Source: Burkholderiales bacterium
GTDB taxonomy: Bacteria; Pseudomonadota; Gammaproteobacteria; Burkholderiales; Ga0077523
Assembly (NCBI GenBank): GCA_019747905.1
Contig: JAIEQG010000031.1
Span: 706-64,705, forward strand
Direction: 5' to 3'
Length of the DNA: 64,000 nucleotides
Positions 45,827 to 55,721 of the stretch are shown here, in pieces. Under the pieces are notes generated by a model. That model was not told the DNA's origin and ran no database searches. It saw only the letters and a program-made list of their open reading frames with translations. Both the position numbers and the translations under genes were made by a program. Numbering within the stretch: the first letter of the stretch is position 1; each line of letters opens with the position of its first letter.

Positions 45827-48392
45827 GGTCCGCCTCGAGCTTCACCACCTTGCGCTGATCCTGCAGTGCCTCGCCGCTCAGGAGGAACGTGTCCTCGGCG
45901 CGGGCCCCCAGCGTGTTGATCTTCGCGTTCTGCACGCTGATGCCGTACTGGGCGAGTATCCGGGCCACCCGGAACAGCAAGCCGGGACGATCGCCCGCGA
46001 TCAGCGACAGGTAGTGGAAGCGGCCGCGTTCGTCGGGCCGGATGACCACTTCGGGTGTGATCGGGAACGCCTTCAATTGCCGCGACACTCGTCCGCGTGC
46101 GGGCGCGTCGAGGGGCGCGTTTGCCGTCAGCTTCTCGGCGAGTTCGTGCTCGATGTAGCTGATGAGATCGCGATAGTGGGAGCGCGTGTCGCTCGGGTCC
46201 ATCACCTGGAAGCTGTCGAGCGCCCATCCATGGCGTGTGGTGTGCACCTTCGCCTCGACGATGCTGAAGCTGATCTTCTCGAAGAAGCTGCAGATCTGCG
46301 CGAACAGGTTGTTGCGATCGGGGCAGTAGATCATCACCTGCAGCCCTTCGCCGATGGGTGACAGGCGCGCCTTCACCACCGGCACCTTGGTGTCCACGCG
46401 ATAGTTGAGCAGGCGCGTGTGCCACGCGACCTCCTGCGCATCGTGCTGCAGGAAATAGCTGTCGCTCAACTGGCTCCAGAGCGACATCTCGACACCTTCG
46501 GGCAACGCGTACGCGCGGAGCTTCGCCAGTACCTCGTTCTTGGTGTGCTGCACCGAGCCCTCGATCGGTGCCGGCGAGCCACCCAGGCAGCGCTGCGTCG
46601 CGCGGAAGAGGTCCTCGAGCAGTTTCGCCTTCCACGCGTTCCAGACCTTCGGGCTGGTGCCGCGGATATCCGCAACCGTCAGCAGGTAGAGCGCTACCAG
46701 GCGCCGGTCGTCGCCGACGAGCCGGGCGAAGTCGCGGATCACCTCGGGATCGGCGAGGTCGCGCTTCTGCGCGGTGGAGGACATGGTGAGGTGGTATTGC
46801 ACCAGCCAGCCCACCAGTTCGGTGTCCTCGGCCGACAGGCCGTGCGCCTTGCAGAAGCGGATCGCGTCGTGCTTGCCCAGCTCCGAATGGTCACCGCCAC
46901 GGCCCTTGGCGATGTCGTGGAAGAGGGCGGCGAGGTAGAGCACTTCGCGCCGGTCGAAACCGCTCATCAACCGCGAGCACAGCGGATACTCGTGCGCCAT
47001 TTCGGGGATGGCGAACCGGCGCATGTTGCGCACGACCATCAGGATGTGCTCGTCCACGGTGTAGACGTGGAAGAGGTCGTGCTGCATGCGCCCGACGATG
47101 CGTCCGAACGCCGGCACGTAGAGGCCGAGCAAGCCGTGCTTGTTCAGGCGTCGCAGCGTGTGCGTGAGCCCCGCAGGTTCACGCAGGATCTCCATGAACA
47201 AGGCGCGATTGCGCGGATCGTGGCGGAACGCCGCGTTGATCTGGCGCCGCGCATGCCATAGCGCGCGCAGGGTCTTGGCGCCAAGCCCCTTAACTTCCGG
47301 ATGGCGCTGCCACAGCAGGAACGTCTCCAGGATCGCATGCGGCTGGCGCTCGTACAGATCGGCGCGGCGTGCTTCGAGGAGCTGGTTGCGAACCTCGAAG
47401 CGCGACGTGAGCTCGAAGGTTCCAGTCTCGGGCGGGGGCAGGATGCGGGTGCGCAGGTTGGCGAGCACGATAGAGCTCAACTGCAACACCGCCTTCGCGG
47501 TTCGGTAGAAGCGCTGCATGAGCTGCTCGCTCGCGCGCCGGGCGGGCGTGTCGACGAACCCCAAATCGCGCGCCAATCGGCTCTGGTGATCGAACAGCAG
47601 GCGGTCTTCGCGGCGGTTGGCCATGAAGTGCAGCCGTACGCGCAGCGCCTGGAGCGTGCCCTCATGGCGCGCCAGTCGTGCCGCTTCCTGCTCGGTGATG
47701 ATCCCGTGCTGGGTGAGATCGCGCCACGACTCGCCCAGGCCGCAGGCTCGCGTGATCCACAGGATCACCTGCAAGTCGCGCAGGCCCCCCGGGTTCTCCT
47801 TGATGTTCGGCTCGAGGCTGTACGCGACGTCATTGAACCGTTGGTGGCGCTGCTGCTGCTCGAGCAGCTTGGCTTCGCAGAAAGCCTTGTCGTCCATCGC
47901 GTTCGCACACGCCTCGCGAAACCGCTCGAACAGCTCGGTGTCACCTCGGAGCAGGCGCGCTTCCAGGAGGTTGGTCTGCACCGAAACATCCTGCTTGAGC
48001 TGGTCAACGCATTCTTCGATGGTGCGCGTGCTGTGGCCGACCTCCATGCCGATATCCCACAGCGTGCCGACGAACTCCTCGATCTGGCGGTTACCCTCGC
48101 CAGCCTGTGCGGCCGGCAGCAACACCAGGATGTCGACGTCGGAGTAGGGAAACATCAGGCCACGGCCGTAACCCCCGACCGCGATCAGCGCCAGACCGTC
48201 GGGCATCGCGAGCGTGTTCCAAACGTCTGCGAGTACCCGATCGGTCAGCTCGCGCTGGTGCACGAGCACTGCATGGGGATGCCCGCGCTCGAGAAACTGC
48301 TGCTGGAGCCGGGCGCGCCCGTCCTTGAGCTCCTGCTTCCAGCGCGCCCGCGCCTCGGCGGGGCGGCGGACCGGCGCGTCCGCGACGTCCAT
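45804..48392 (-). CDS. glnD: [Protein-PII] uridylyltransferase
   Basis: AVGGYGRG..PYSDVD, GGLRD, HVYTVDEH, HDIAKGRGGDHS and two ACT domains. Confidence 0.97.
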   Translation of the reverse strand: MDVADAPVRRPAEARARWKQELKDGRARLQQQFLERGHPHAVLVHQRELTDRVLADVWNTLAMPDGLALIAVGGYGRGLMFPYSDVDILVLLPAAQAGEGNRQIEEFVGTLWDIGMEVGHSTRTIEECVDQLKQDVSVQTNLLEARLLRGDTELFERFREACANAMDDKAFCEAKLLEQQQRHQRFNDVAYSLEPNIKENPGGLRDLQVILWITRACGLGESWRDLTQHGIITEQEAARLARHEGTLQALRVRLHFMANRREDRLLFDHQSRLARDLGFVDTPARRASEQLMQRFYRTAKAVLQLSSIVLANLRTRILPPPETGTFELTSRFEVRNQLLEARRADLYERQPHAILETFLLWQRHPEVKGLGAKTLRALWHARRQINAAFRHDPRNRALFMEILREPAGLTHTLRRLNKHGLLGLYVPAFGRIVGRMQHDLFHVYTVDEHILMVVRNMRRFAIPEMAHEYPLCSRLMSGFDRREVLYLAALFHDIAKGRGGDHSELGKHDAIRFCKAHGLSAEDTELVGWLVQYHLTMSSTAQKRDLADPEVIRDFARLVGDDRRLVALYLLTVADIRGTSPKVWNAWKAKLLEDLFRATQRCLGGSPAPIEGSVQHTKNEVLAKLRAYALPEGVEMSLWSQLSDSYFLQHDAQEVAWHTRLLNYRVDTKVPVVKARLSPIGEGLQVMIYCPDRNNLFAQICSFFEKISFSIVEAKVHTTRHGWALDSFQVMDPSDTRSHYRDLISYIEHELAEKLTANAPLDAPARGRVSRQLKAFPITPEVVIRPDERGRFHYLSLIAGDRPGLLFRVARILAQYGISVQNAKINTLGARAEDTFLLSGEALQDQRKVVKLEADLIHELEA

Positions 48393-48405
48393 GGACTAAG
48401 GCGCC

Positions 48406-49200
48406 CTAGGGCTGCGGCGGCTGGGGCGCGCCGGCAGAGAGCGTCAGGACTTCGAAGCCTTCGGGGGTCACGAGCACCGTGTGCTCCCATTGCGCCGACA
48501 GGCTGTGGTCCTTGGTCACCACGGTCCAGCCATCGGCGAGTTGGCGGATGCCGGGTCGGCCGGCATTGATCATCGGTTCGATGGTGAACGTCATGCCGGC
48601 CTGCAACTTGAGGCCGGTGCCGCTGCGCCCGTAGTGCAGCACCTGCGGTTCCTCGTGGAACTTGCGCCCGATGCCGTGCCCGCAGAATTCGCGCACGACC
48701 GAATAGCCGGAGCCTTCCGCGTGGACCTGGATCACGTGACCGATGTCGCCCAGGTGCGCCCCGGGACGCACGGACCGGATACCGCGCCACATGCAGTCGA
48801 ACGTCACGTCGCACAGGCGGCGCGCCTGGATCGACGGTTCCCCGACGTAGAACATGCGACTCGTGTCGCCGTGATAGCCGTCCTTGATGATGGTCACGTC
48901 GACGTTGACGACGTCACCGGCCTTCAGGCGCTTGTCGCTCGGAATGCCGTGGCAGACCACGTGATTGACGGATGTGCAGATGCTCTTCGGAAACGGCTGG
49001 TAGCCCGGCGGCGCATAGTTGAGCGGGGCCGGCACCGCACCTTGCTCCTGCACGATGTAGTCATGACACAGGCGATCCAGCTCGTCGGTGGTCACTCCCG
49101 GCTTCACGTGCGGCTCGATGAAGTCGAGCACCTCCGCCGCGAGGCGACCGGCCACGCGCATCTTCTCGATGTCTTCGGGGGACTTGATGGTTACCGACAT
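48406..49200 (-). CDS. map: Methionine aminopeptidase type I
   Basis: VCHGIP, GYHGDTS, GHGIG, EPMIN and SAQWEHT motifs. Confidence 0.97.
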   Translation of the reverse strand: MSVTIKSPEDIEKMRVAGRLAAEVLDFIEPHVKPGVTTDELDRLCHDYIVQEQGAVPAPLNYAPPGYQPFPKSICTSVNHVVCHGIPSDKRLKAGDVVNVDVTIIKDGYHGDTSRMFYVGEPSIQARRLCDVTFDCMWRGIRSVRPGAHLGDIGHVIQVHAEGSGYSVVREFCGHGIGRKFHEEPQVLHYGRSGTGLKLQAGMTFTIEPMINAGRPGIRQLADGWTVVTKDHSLSAQWEHTVLVTPEGFEVLTLSAGAPQPPQP

Positions 49201-49389
49201 AATGTTTCAAACGCGATGCCCGCAAGGTTCTGCGGCAAACAAGACCGCGCCGGCGCTACGGACGCCGAGCAGCGCAGGGCGAAGCCCCGATCGGCACGCG
49301 CGGTCGATACGATACCTTGAACAGTGCGTGCAAGCTGGCTGACCGAGCTTCACCTTGACGGGTCGGCAGCCTTGAAAGTCTAGCGCATT

Positions 49390-49582
49390 TTCAGGCCCCT
49401 CCCCAAGAGCGCATCCGGCAAACCACCCGAGACCCGGATTCCCTACTGAAGTCCGGGCGACCCGTACGGACGATCCGCTGTTCACTTGCCGGAAATTTGG
49501 CAGCGTACCAGGCGAGGGGATCGAGATTCTCGACGGGCACTGGACTCCGCCCTCCTGCATGGAGGGCCGGCGACTCCCCCCA
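49390..49582 (+). ncRNA. Candidate structured non-coding RNA, family not recognised (strand tentative)
   Basis: Several nested stems, 3' end ...CGACTCCCCCCA, TTGACG upstream, no credible ORF, and position at the island boundary. Confidence 0.4.
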
Positions 49583-49637
49583 ATTAATGAATGCGCCTCA
49601 TAGGTCCATGCAGATTGTCCGGACTAATTGATCCGAG

Positions 49638-49880
49638 TTGACGTCTGTGAACCAGGCCGAAACTGATCGCCTGTGGAATGCGATCGTGCAGAACGGCGGA
49701 CAGGAAAGCGCTTGCGGATGGTGCAAGGACAAATGGGGCCTCAACTCGCAGATCACGCCGCGTGCTCTCAGCGACGCGATATCCGACCCCGACCGCGCGG
49801 CAGCCGAGCGAGCGTTCGAGGCGATGATGACGATGGGCAAGATCGACATCGCCGTGATCGAGGCGTCAAGACGAGGCTGA
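49638..49880 (+). pseudogene. C-terminal fragment of a VOC/PhnB-like (3-dmu-9_3-mt family) protein
   Basis: ETDRLWNAI..GGQESACGWCKDKWG...AFEAMMTMGKIDIA; N-terminal half missing. Confidence 0.75.
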
Positions 49881-50170
49881 CGACCGCCGGTAAGGCGTGA
49901 TTTCGTGAATGGCGGAACCTCGACCGTATTGACGCCTGCCATCAAATTGCCAATCCACGAAGGTTCTGTGATGCAGCGTCTGCCGCCATTCGGGAGGCAA
50001 CATACTTTGGCAAGCTTCCTCCGGGTGGTATACCGTCGGCTCTATCGACTACAGCCGTGGCGCATCCAAGCTCCTAACACGCGTCAGTGGCGCGGGGCTA
50101 TCGCGGGGATCTCTTGAGGACCAATCAAGTACGTCGAACCACCACGAGGAATACCAGGAGAACTAGACCG

Positions 50171-50518
50171 ATGAAGCTAACCACCGTACTCGCCGCTGCC
50201 CAGTTGGTGAACGACACGCTCCGCAAGGAGACTGGTGCGCGAGAACTCTCCACGACAGCAGTCGGCGCATTCCTCTGCGTAGCAATGGATGAAGGGACCT
50301 CCATGCAGGGAATCGAGAAGTCACTCGGAATCACGCAGTCAGCCGTGAGCCGCAACGTACAGTCGCTCGGTGGAGGGCGCCCCGATAGCCCCGGGGCCGG
50401 TCTTCTGACCATCGAAGTGAACCCCTACGACCAGCGACAGAAGATCGTGAAACTATCCTCCCATGGTCGCAAAGTCCTGGGGACCATCCAGCGAATCATC
50501 GACGGGTGGCGTGCATGA
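50171..50518 (+). CDS. MarR-like winged-helix regulator
   Basis: RBS AGGAG, HTH motif LGITQSAVSRNV and wing DQRQKIVKLSSHGR. Confidence 0.8.
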   Translation: MKLTTVLAAAQLVNDTLRKETGARELSTTAVGAFLCVAMDEGTSMQGIEKSLGITQSAVSRNVQSLGGGRPDSPGAGLLTIEVNPYDQRQKIVKLSSHGRKVLGTIQRIIDGWRA

Positions 50519-50946
50519 GCCGACTATACGAATGCAAGGGCATCTGGTGATGCAAGGACCGGGACCTCGAGGGAGCCTTAGATCTTCGCGCACGCGTACC
50601 AAGTCGGTCGCCCACAAATTTACAAGGCCCGTGAACTCGCGCTGATGTGAGTGGCCCTTGTGACAGCACCAGAAGGCCTACGACTCTCGACGAGGCCGTT
50701 AGACTAGAATGCTCTCCGCAGGAGAGGACAATCGCCACGAGCCCGAGATTGGCCCCTGGATAGCACCAACGCAGAACACCCGTCAGCCTCGTCTTGCACC
50801 AGCAACCATACACGCCGGCCCAACTCTCGGGCCGCTGCAGCCATCTCCAAGTCGACAAGTTCCCCTCAATTCATCTTGAGGGAAGGCGAAGGCTGAGCAA
50901 CTGCCGCCGTGGCACAGATGACACACAGGAATGCAGGTTCGCATAA

Positions 50947-51327
50947 GTGTGCCTTAGGTGTGTCGCGAATGAGGCGGGTGAAATGGGCACAACGCGTTGC
51001 AACCCATTAAGCAGTTGGCTCGCCGGAGTCGGCGAAGATGCGAACTACGAATACTCGATTCCGCTACTCCACGCTACGCCAGGGACGCCTAAAATCCGTA
51101 AGCGCGACCGGGATCGCGCTGAGGCAATATGCCTAGCCGGAGGTCCCAAGCCGTCTCTCCGGGAGCGGGCCGTGGCGCTAGCACTCGAACGCGGTGTGGT
51201 TCGGACGCGCGACTTGACCGATATCGGTGTACCTCGCTGCTATTTAGCTCGGATGTGTGACGAGGGCCTGCTCGTGAAGGTCAGTTACGGCCTTTATCGC
51301 GCGGGCGAACAACGGCACGCGGCGTGA
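50947..51327 (+). CDS. Stand-alone AbiEi antitoxin N-terminal wHTH-like protein; start uncertain
   Basis: GVVRTRDLTDIGVPRCYLARMCDEGLLVKVSYGLYR; no C-terminal domain and no toxin gene. Confidence 0.6.
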   Translation: MCLRCVANEAGEMGTTRCNPLSSWLAGVGEDANYEYSIPLLHATPGTPKIRKRDRDRAEAICLAGGPKPSLRERAVALALERGVVRTRDLTDIGVPRCYLARMCDEGLLVKVSYGLYRAGEQRHAA

Positions 51328-51447
51328 ATACAGGATGTGAAGGCTAGACGTCATACGAGATCGGTAGGCCCGCCCTTGGAGGATCAGTGGTCGGCAGCCC
51401 CAACGCAAGATCGCTGCTTCACACTGGAGCGGTAATCGCGGTTGCCA

Positions 51448-52413
51448 TCAAGCCGCTGGTTTGGCGGACAGCCGTGGAATCCAGCGCACATAGACGAGCT
51501 CGCTCGCCAGCTCGATCACCGTCTGGGTGACGACTACGGCGGGAACAAGCGGTACCCCGCCCGGAACGGCAAAGGCGAGCGGGAGGATCACAAGCGAGTT
51601 ACGCGTGGCGGCGCTGAACGCCACAGCCCGCGTGCCGCCAGCGTCGAGGCCGCTGGCGCGCGCGACCATCCAGCCGAGCATCGGCGCCACGACGGCATAG
51701 GCCAGGTAGATCGGCGCCGCGGTCAACGCCGCACCCGCGGCCCCTCCGATCTGCGGCGTGACGGCTGCAAGGACGAGGAAGAGCACGAGGGCCGTTGCCG
51801 GCACCGGCAGCAGGCGAGCGCCATCGAGGCGCGCTTGCCGGTCGCCGTCCGGGCCGCCCATAGCTGCAAGGCTGCGGCAAGCAGCAGCGGCGCGGCGATC
51901 AGCCACAAGAACGCATGGATGAAAGGCTCTGGATTGACGAGACCGGAGGCGTCGCCGCCGAGCAGCACGCGCAGATAGATCGGCAGCAGCGCCATTTGCA
52001 ACAAGAGGAGCACCGGGTTTCTGCCAGCGGGCGTGGCGTCCCCGCGCCCGAGATGCGTGAACGTCACCAGATAGTCGACGCACGGGGTCAGCAGCACGAA
52101 CAGGACTGCCAACCGCAGCATCGGCTCGTCGGGCAGGAACTGCCCCAGGATTGCCGTCAGCAGCGGCATGACCAGGAAGTTGGTCGCAAGCAGCGTGCTG
52201 AGGAAGCGCGTGTTCCGCAGCGCTGATCCGAGTTCCGCCAAAGGCACCTGGAGGAAAGTGACGAACAGCATGAACGCCAGAGCTGGATTGGTCGCAGCTT
52301 CGAGCGCCTCCGCGTTCGTCATGCCGAAGCCGGCGAACGCCCCAACGGCGATGGCCGCCAGGTAGAGTGCGATCTGCCGCTCCTCGAGCGCCGCTCGAAC
52401 CCGCTCCACTCAT
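51448..52413 (-). pseudogene. Frameshifted ACR3/bile acid:sodium symporter-family transporter
   Basis: The N-terminal part (FVTFLQVP, NFLVMP, LLTPCVDY) is in the 52409 frame; the C-terminal part (LPVP, TRNSLVILPLA, TQTVIEL) is in another frame. The shift is near 51815. Confidence 0.8.
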
Positions 52414-52536
52414 GTCTCCTTCCTTGCCGCCTCGGTTGCCCCGCCACTTGATGTCACGCCCCTTCTACCATGTCGGTCAAAAAGCGCGCGTGCGGCCTGG
52501 TTTCTTCCGCGTCCGATTGGCGGTGGCCTCCGCTCG

Positions 52537-52749
52537 GTGGGACTGATTGGCCAGCGCACCCGCCACATGCGAGTTCTGTTCAGAAGCGTGATTCAGAACA
52601 TCGATGGACACTTGAATACCGAATCCAATGCTCGTGGAGTTCTGCCGGAGCTTAGGCGTAGCGCCGGGTTCAAAAGCGTGGAGGAGACGTCTTTCGTTCC
52701 AACGCCGAGCGGCTCGATCTCTCTCTCTCGCGGAATTTGTTTGTCGTGA
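52537..52749 (+). pseudogene. Probable C-terminal remnant of a class I SAM methyltransferase
   Basis: QRTRHMRVLFR..IQNIDG..NT..NARGVLPEL...AGF..VEE....PTPSGSISL resembles methyltransferase C-termini; no SAM-binding motif remains. Confidence 0.45.
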
Positions 52750-52803
52750 TGCGAGAGGTCCCAAGTGACGTCGAGTGACGGGGTTTTGTCACAGACGTTC
52801 ATT

Positions 52804-53220
52804 TCACGGCCCGTCCGGATGACCGGGAGAGTCGGCGAGCACTTCGATGATCCGGCAAGTCGCGACTTGCCCGTTGTCGCACTCCTTAATCATCCTGGTG
52901 AGCTCGGCCCTAAGCCCGAGTAGCCGGCGAATCCGGCTCTCCACGGCTGCGAGTTGATCGGTCGCGATCCGGCTCACCTGCTCGCAGGATGCTTCTGGCA
53001 CGTCCTGTAGACCAAGCATCATCTTGATAGCCCCGATGTCGAAACCGAGATCCCGGGCATGGCGGATGAACGCCAGTCGCCGAACGTCCTCCGCTCCGTA
53101 GAGACGTCGTCCACTGTCGGTCCGGGGCGGCGGAGGTACGAGCCTGATCCGCTCGTAATAGCGAATCGTCTCGATATTAACGCCCGTGCGTTTGGACAAA
53201 GCTCCAATGGTGATCATCAT
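52804..53220 (-). CDS. MerR-family metal-responsive regulator (CadR/PbrR/ZntR-like)
   Basis: TIGALSKRTGVNIETIRYYE, FIRHARDLGF, and three Cys (ASC, KEC, TCRII); divergent from an overlapping operator. Confidence 0.92.
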   Translation of the reverse strand: MMITIGALSKRTGVNIETIRYYERIRLVPPPPRTDSGRRLYGAEDVRRLAFIRHARDLGFDIGAIKMMLGLQDVPEASCEQVSRIATDQLAAVESRIRRLLGLRAELTRMIKECDNGQVATCRIIEVLADSPGHPDGP

Positions 53221-53223
53221 TAG

Positions 53224-53254
53224 TTGATTCTGTAGTGGCTACAGGATGTATAGC
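53224..53254 (+). promoter_or_regulatory. MerR-type promoter/operator 1
   Basis: TTGATT-19 bp-TATAGC with dyad CTGTAG-TGG-CTACAG in the spacer. Confidence 0.85.
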
Positions 53255-53388
53255 AACCGACCGGAGGTGTGTAAACTCTGCCGACAAGTAAGGCGTTGGA
53301 TAGGCCACCTCGATGCTTGATGCGTCGATCGAGGAAACAAACCTGGAACAGGCGAGGCGAGGCCCGGGATAACGAAAGGAGAAGGCTC

Positions 53389-54732
53389 ATGAGCCAGCAT
53401 CCCCTGTGGGAATCCGCTTCTCGGGAGCCGGAGATGGTGAAGGAGCGGCTTGCCGATATCGTGGCTTTTGCGCGAGCCAACTCTCCTTACTATCGCGATT
53501 TGTACAAGGACCTGCCCGCGAGGGTCGAGGACCCCAGCCTGTTGCCCGTCACCGACAAGAAGACGCTTATGGCAAACTTCGATAGCTGGGTGACGGATCG
53601 CGAGGTCACGATTGAGCCCGTCCGCAAGTTTATCGAAGATCCGAGCCTCGTCGGCGAAAAGTTCCTCGGAAGATATACGGTCGCCACGACCGCTGGCACC
53701 ACAGGCAACCCCGGCATCTTCGTATTGGATGACAATCACACACGAGGCGGGACAACAAGCCTTCGAGAAGCGTTTAGAACCTGGCTTTCGCTCGGGGATT
53801 TTGTAAGGATTGTTCTCCGCGGGGCGCGAATTGCTGCGCTGCACGCCACCGGGGGTCATTTCGTCTCGGTCACAAGTTTTACCCGGTGGCGACGCTCCAT
53901 CCGCCTTTTGGCGAAACTCGCTCGGGATTTTTCGGTGCACACGCCGATGAAGGAACTCGTCGATCGCCTCAACGAGTTCCGGCCAGCCGTTGTCCTTGGC
54001 TACGCCTCTACCGTCTCTCTGCTCGCTCGCGAGCAGGAGCTTGGACGCTTGCATATAAAACCGGTGTTGCTGGTGCTGACGGCGGAAGGACTTGCGCCGG
54101 ACGAGTACGGGCAGATCGCCAAGGCGTTCGACGCCAATGTCGGAAACGTGTGGGGTTCCACCGAAATCGCCGGCACGGCCTTCAGCTGCGCCGAGGGATG
54201 GCTTCACGTCGTCGGCGAATGGATCATGGTCGAGCCGGTCGACGCCGAATACCGCCCGGTGCCGCCCGGCGAGCAGTCGCACACCGTGCTCGTTACCAAT
54301 CTCGCCAACCGGGTACAGCCGATCTTGCGTTACGATCTCGGTGACCGTGTCCTGCAAAGGCCCGATCCTTGTCCTTGCGGCAATCCTCTGCCTGCTATCC
54401 GCATCCAGGGCCGCTCCGCCGAGGTCCTCCGTTTTCGGACCAAAGCCGGCGAGGAGGTCTCGATTCCGCCGCTGGCGTTCGAGATCGATCACGTGCCGGG
54501 AGTCGATCTGGCCCAAGTCGTGCAAACCACGTCGACGAATCTGCGCGTGCGCCTGCGCTTTGAGTCCGGCGCTGACGCCAACCAGGCTTGGCAAAAGGTG
54601 CACGGCGAATTGAAGCATTTGCTCGCCAGCCACGGACTTGACCAAGTGACGATCGAGCGTGCCGAGGAGCCGCCGGAACAGGGCCGCGGCGGGAAATTCC
54701 GCCAGGTCATGCCGTTGGCTCAGTCAGGATAG
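53389..54732 (+). CDS. Phenylacetate-CoA ligase/F390 synthetase-like adenylate-forming enzyme
   Basis: SPYYR, LPVTDK, TTAGTTGNP P-loop, WGSTE, PILRYDLGD, IQGR and GKFR; RBS AAGGAG. Confidence 0.85.
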   Translation: MSQHPLWESASREPEMVKERLADIVAFARANSPYYRDLYKDLPARVEDPSLLPVTDKKTLMANFDSWVTDREVTIEPVRKFIEDPSLVGEKFLGRYTVATTAGTTGNPGIFVLDDNHTRGGTTSLREAFRTWLSLGDFVRIVLRGARIAALHATGGHFVSVTSFTRWRRSIRLLAKLARDFSVHTPMKELVDRLNEFRPAVVLGYASTVSLLAREQELGRLHIKPVLLVLTAEGLAPDEYGQIAKAFDANVGNVWGSTEIAGTAFSCAEGWLHVVGEWIMVEPVDAEYRPVPPGEQSHTVLVTNLANRVQPILRYDLGDRVLQRPDPCPCGNPLPAIRIQGRSAEVLRFRTKAGEEVSIPPLAFEIDHVPGVDLAQVVQTTSTNLRVRLRFESGADANQAWQKVHGELKHLLASHGLDQVTIERAEEPPEQGRGGKFRQVMPLAQSG

Positions 54733-54770
54733 CCGGCCGATCCAGGCAAGAAATCTGAAGGAGAGCCGTC

Positions 54771-54962
54771 ATGAAAGAAGTCGCCAAATTCCTTGCCGGA
54801 TTTGCAGCCAACCAGGTGCTCACGCATGGAGCCTTAGCCACTGCCGGCATTCAGTTCAGTCTGTTTGGGATCACCTACGACCAGCGGTTTAACACGATCG
54901 CTGTTGTCGTTTGGGCGATCATTCTTCTTCTGCTCATCTACTACGCCTGGGCCAGGAGATGA
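54771..54962 (+). CDS. Small two-TM membrane protein
   Basis: RBS AAGGAG; 63 aa with two hydrophobic segments and an intramembrane His (VLTHG). Confidence 0.7.
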   Translation: MKEVAKFLAGFAANQVLTHGALATAGIQFSLFGITYDQRFNTIAVVVWAIILLLLIYYAWARR

Positions 54963-55010
54963 CGAGCACGGCTCAATACGGCGTGCCTTTAAGAGAGCCG
55001 GACGTGAACC

Positions 55011-55637
55011 ATGCCAGGTGACGAAGAGACAGAGATCCGCCTTGATGCCCGCAATGTCGACGAACGACGCACGCTGCGCTGGGTACTCGGGATTAACTTC
55101 ACACAGGTTCTGGTTGCCGGTGCCGTCGGCATTCTGGCGGACTCCACAGGCCTCCTAGGTGCTGCTCTCGACAATCTGGGGGACGCCGCGGTTTATGCGG
55201 TCAGCCTCTACGCGGTCGGCCATACGGCAATTGCCAAGGCTCGTGCGGCGAACCTTTCCGGCATTCTTCTGATCGTACTTGCTTTCGGATTGCTTATAGA
55301 AGTCTTACGTCGGTTTTTCGCGGGAGCGGAGCCAATCGGGCTCGCCATGATTGTCACGGCGCTCGCGAACGCGGCGACCAACGTGGTCTGCCTTCGACTC
55401 TTGCGAGCTCATCGAACGCATGGTGTGCACTTCAAAGCGTCGTGGATTTTTACGACCAACGACATGGTGGCCAACGCGGGCATCGTCCTATCTGGTCTGT
55501 TCGTCATGCTTCTGAAGTCTCCCGTCCCCGATCTCGTGATCGGGGTTGTGGTCGTCGGAATCGTCCTCAAAGGCGGGTGGGAGATTCTCAAGGAGGCGCG
55601 CGAAGCCCGCGATTCCGCACAGGGAGATAGAGGATGA
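55011..55637 (+). CDS. Cation diffusion facilitator family transporter lacking the C-terminal domain
   Basis: Six TMs, ADSTGLL..ALDNLGDA and WIFTTNDMVAN motifs. Confidence 0.82.
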   Translation: MPGDEETEIRLDARNVDERRTLRWVLGINFTQVLVAGAVGILADSTGLLGAALDNLGDAAVYAVSLYAVGHTAIAKARAANLSGILLIVLAFGLLIEVLRRFFAGAEPIGLAMIVTALANAATNVVCLRLLRAHRTHGVHFKASWIFTTNDMVANAGIVLSGLFVMLLKSPVPDLVIGVVVVGIVLKGGWEILKEAREARDSAQGDRG

Positions 55638-55721
55638 CCAAAGGTCTCCTGTGGGCCCGTAACCAGGCGTTTGTCTCTACGAGGCCGGAGGATCTCGCCG
55701 AACGTGATTTGGAGAGCCGCA

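Noticed and set aside
49417-49445. c-di-GMP-I riboswitch start (GGCAAACC...GAGA)
   Set aside because: The bases after the tetraloop do not pair back, and the ACGCAAAGC element is absent.
49433-49457. Minus-strand GGACTTCA...AATCC resembling a tRNA-Sec anticodon arm
   Set aside because: The loop has 6 extra bases, and there is no T-arm or acceptor stem in register.
49207-49560. 117-aa ORF upstream of map
   Set aside because: No recognisable domain or typical codon pattern; it overlaps the structured non-coding segment.
49501-49582. Permuted two-piece tmRNA (ACCA followed by GGGG...TCGACGGG)
   Set aside because: No T-loop before ACCA, no acceptor pairing and no tag reading frame (ANDE...AA).
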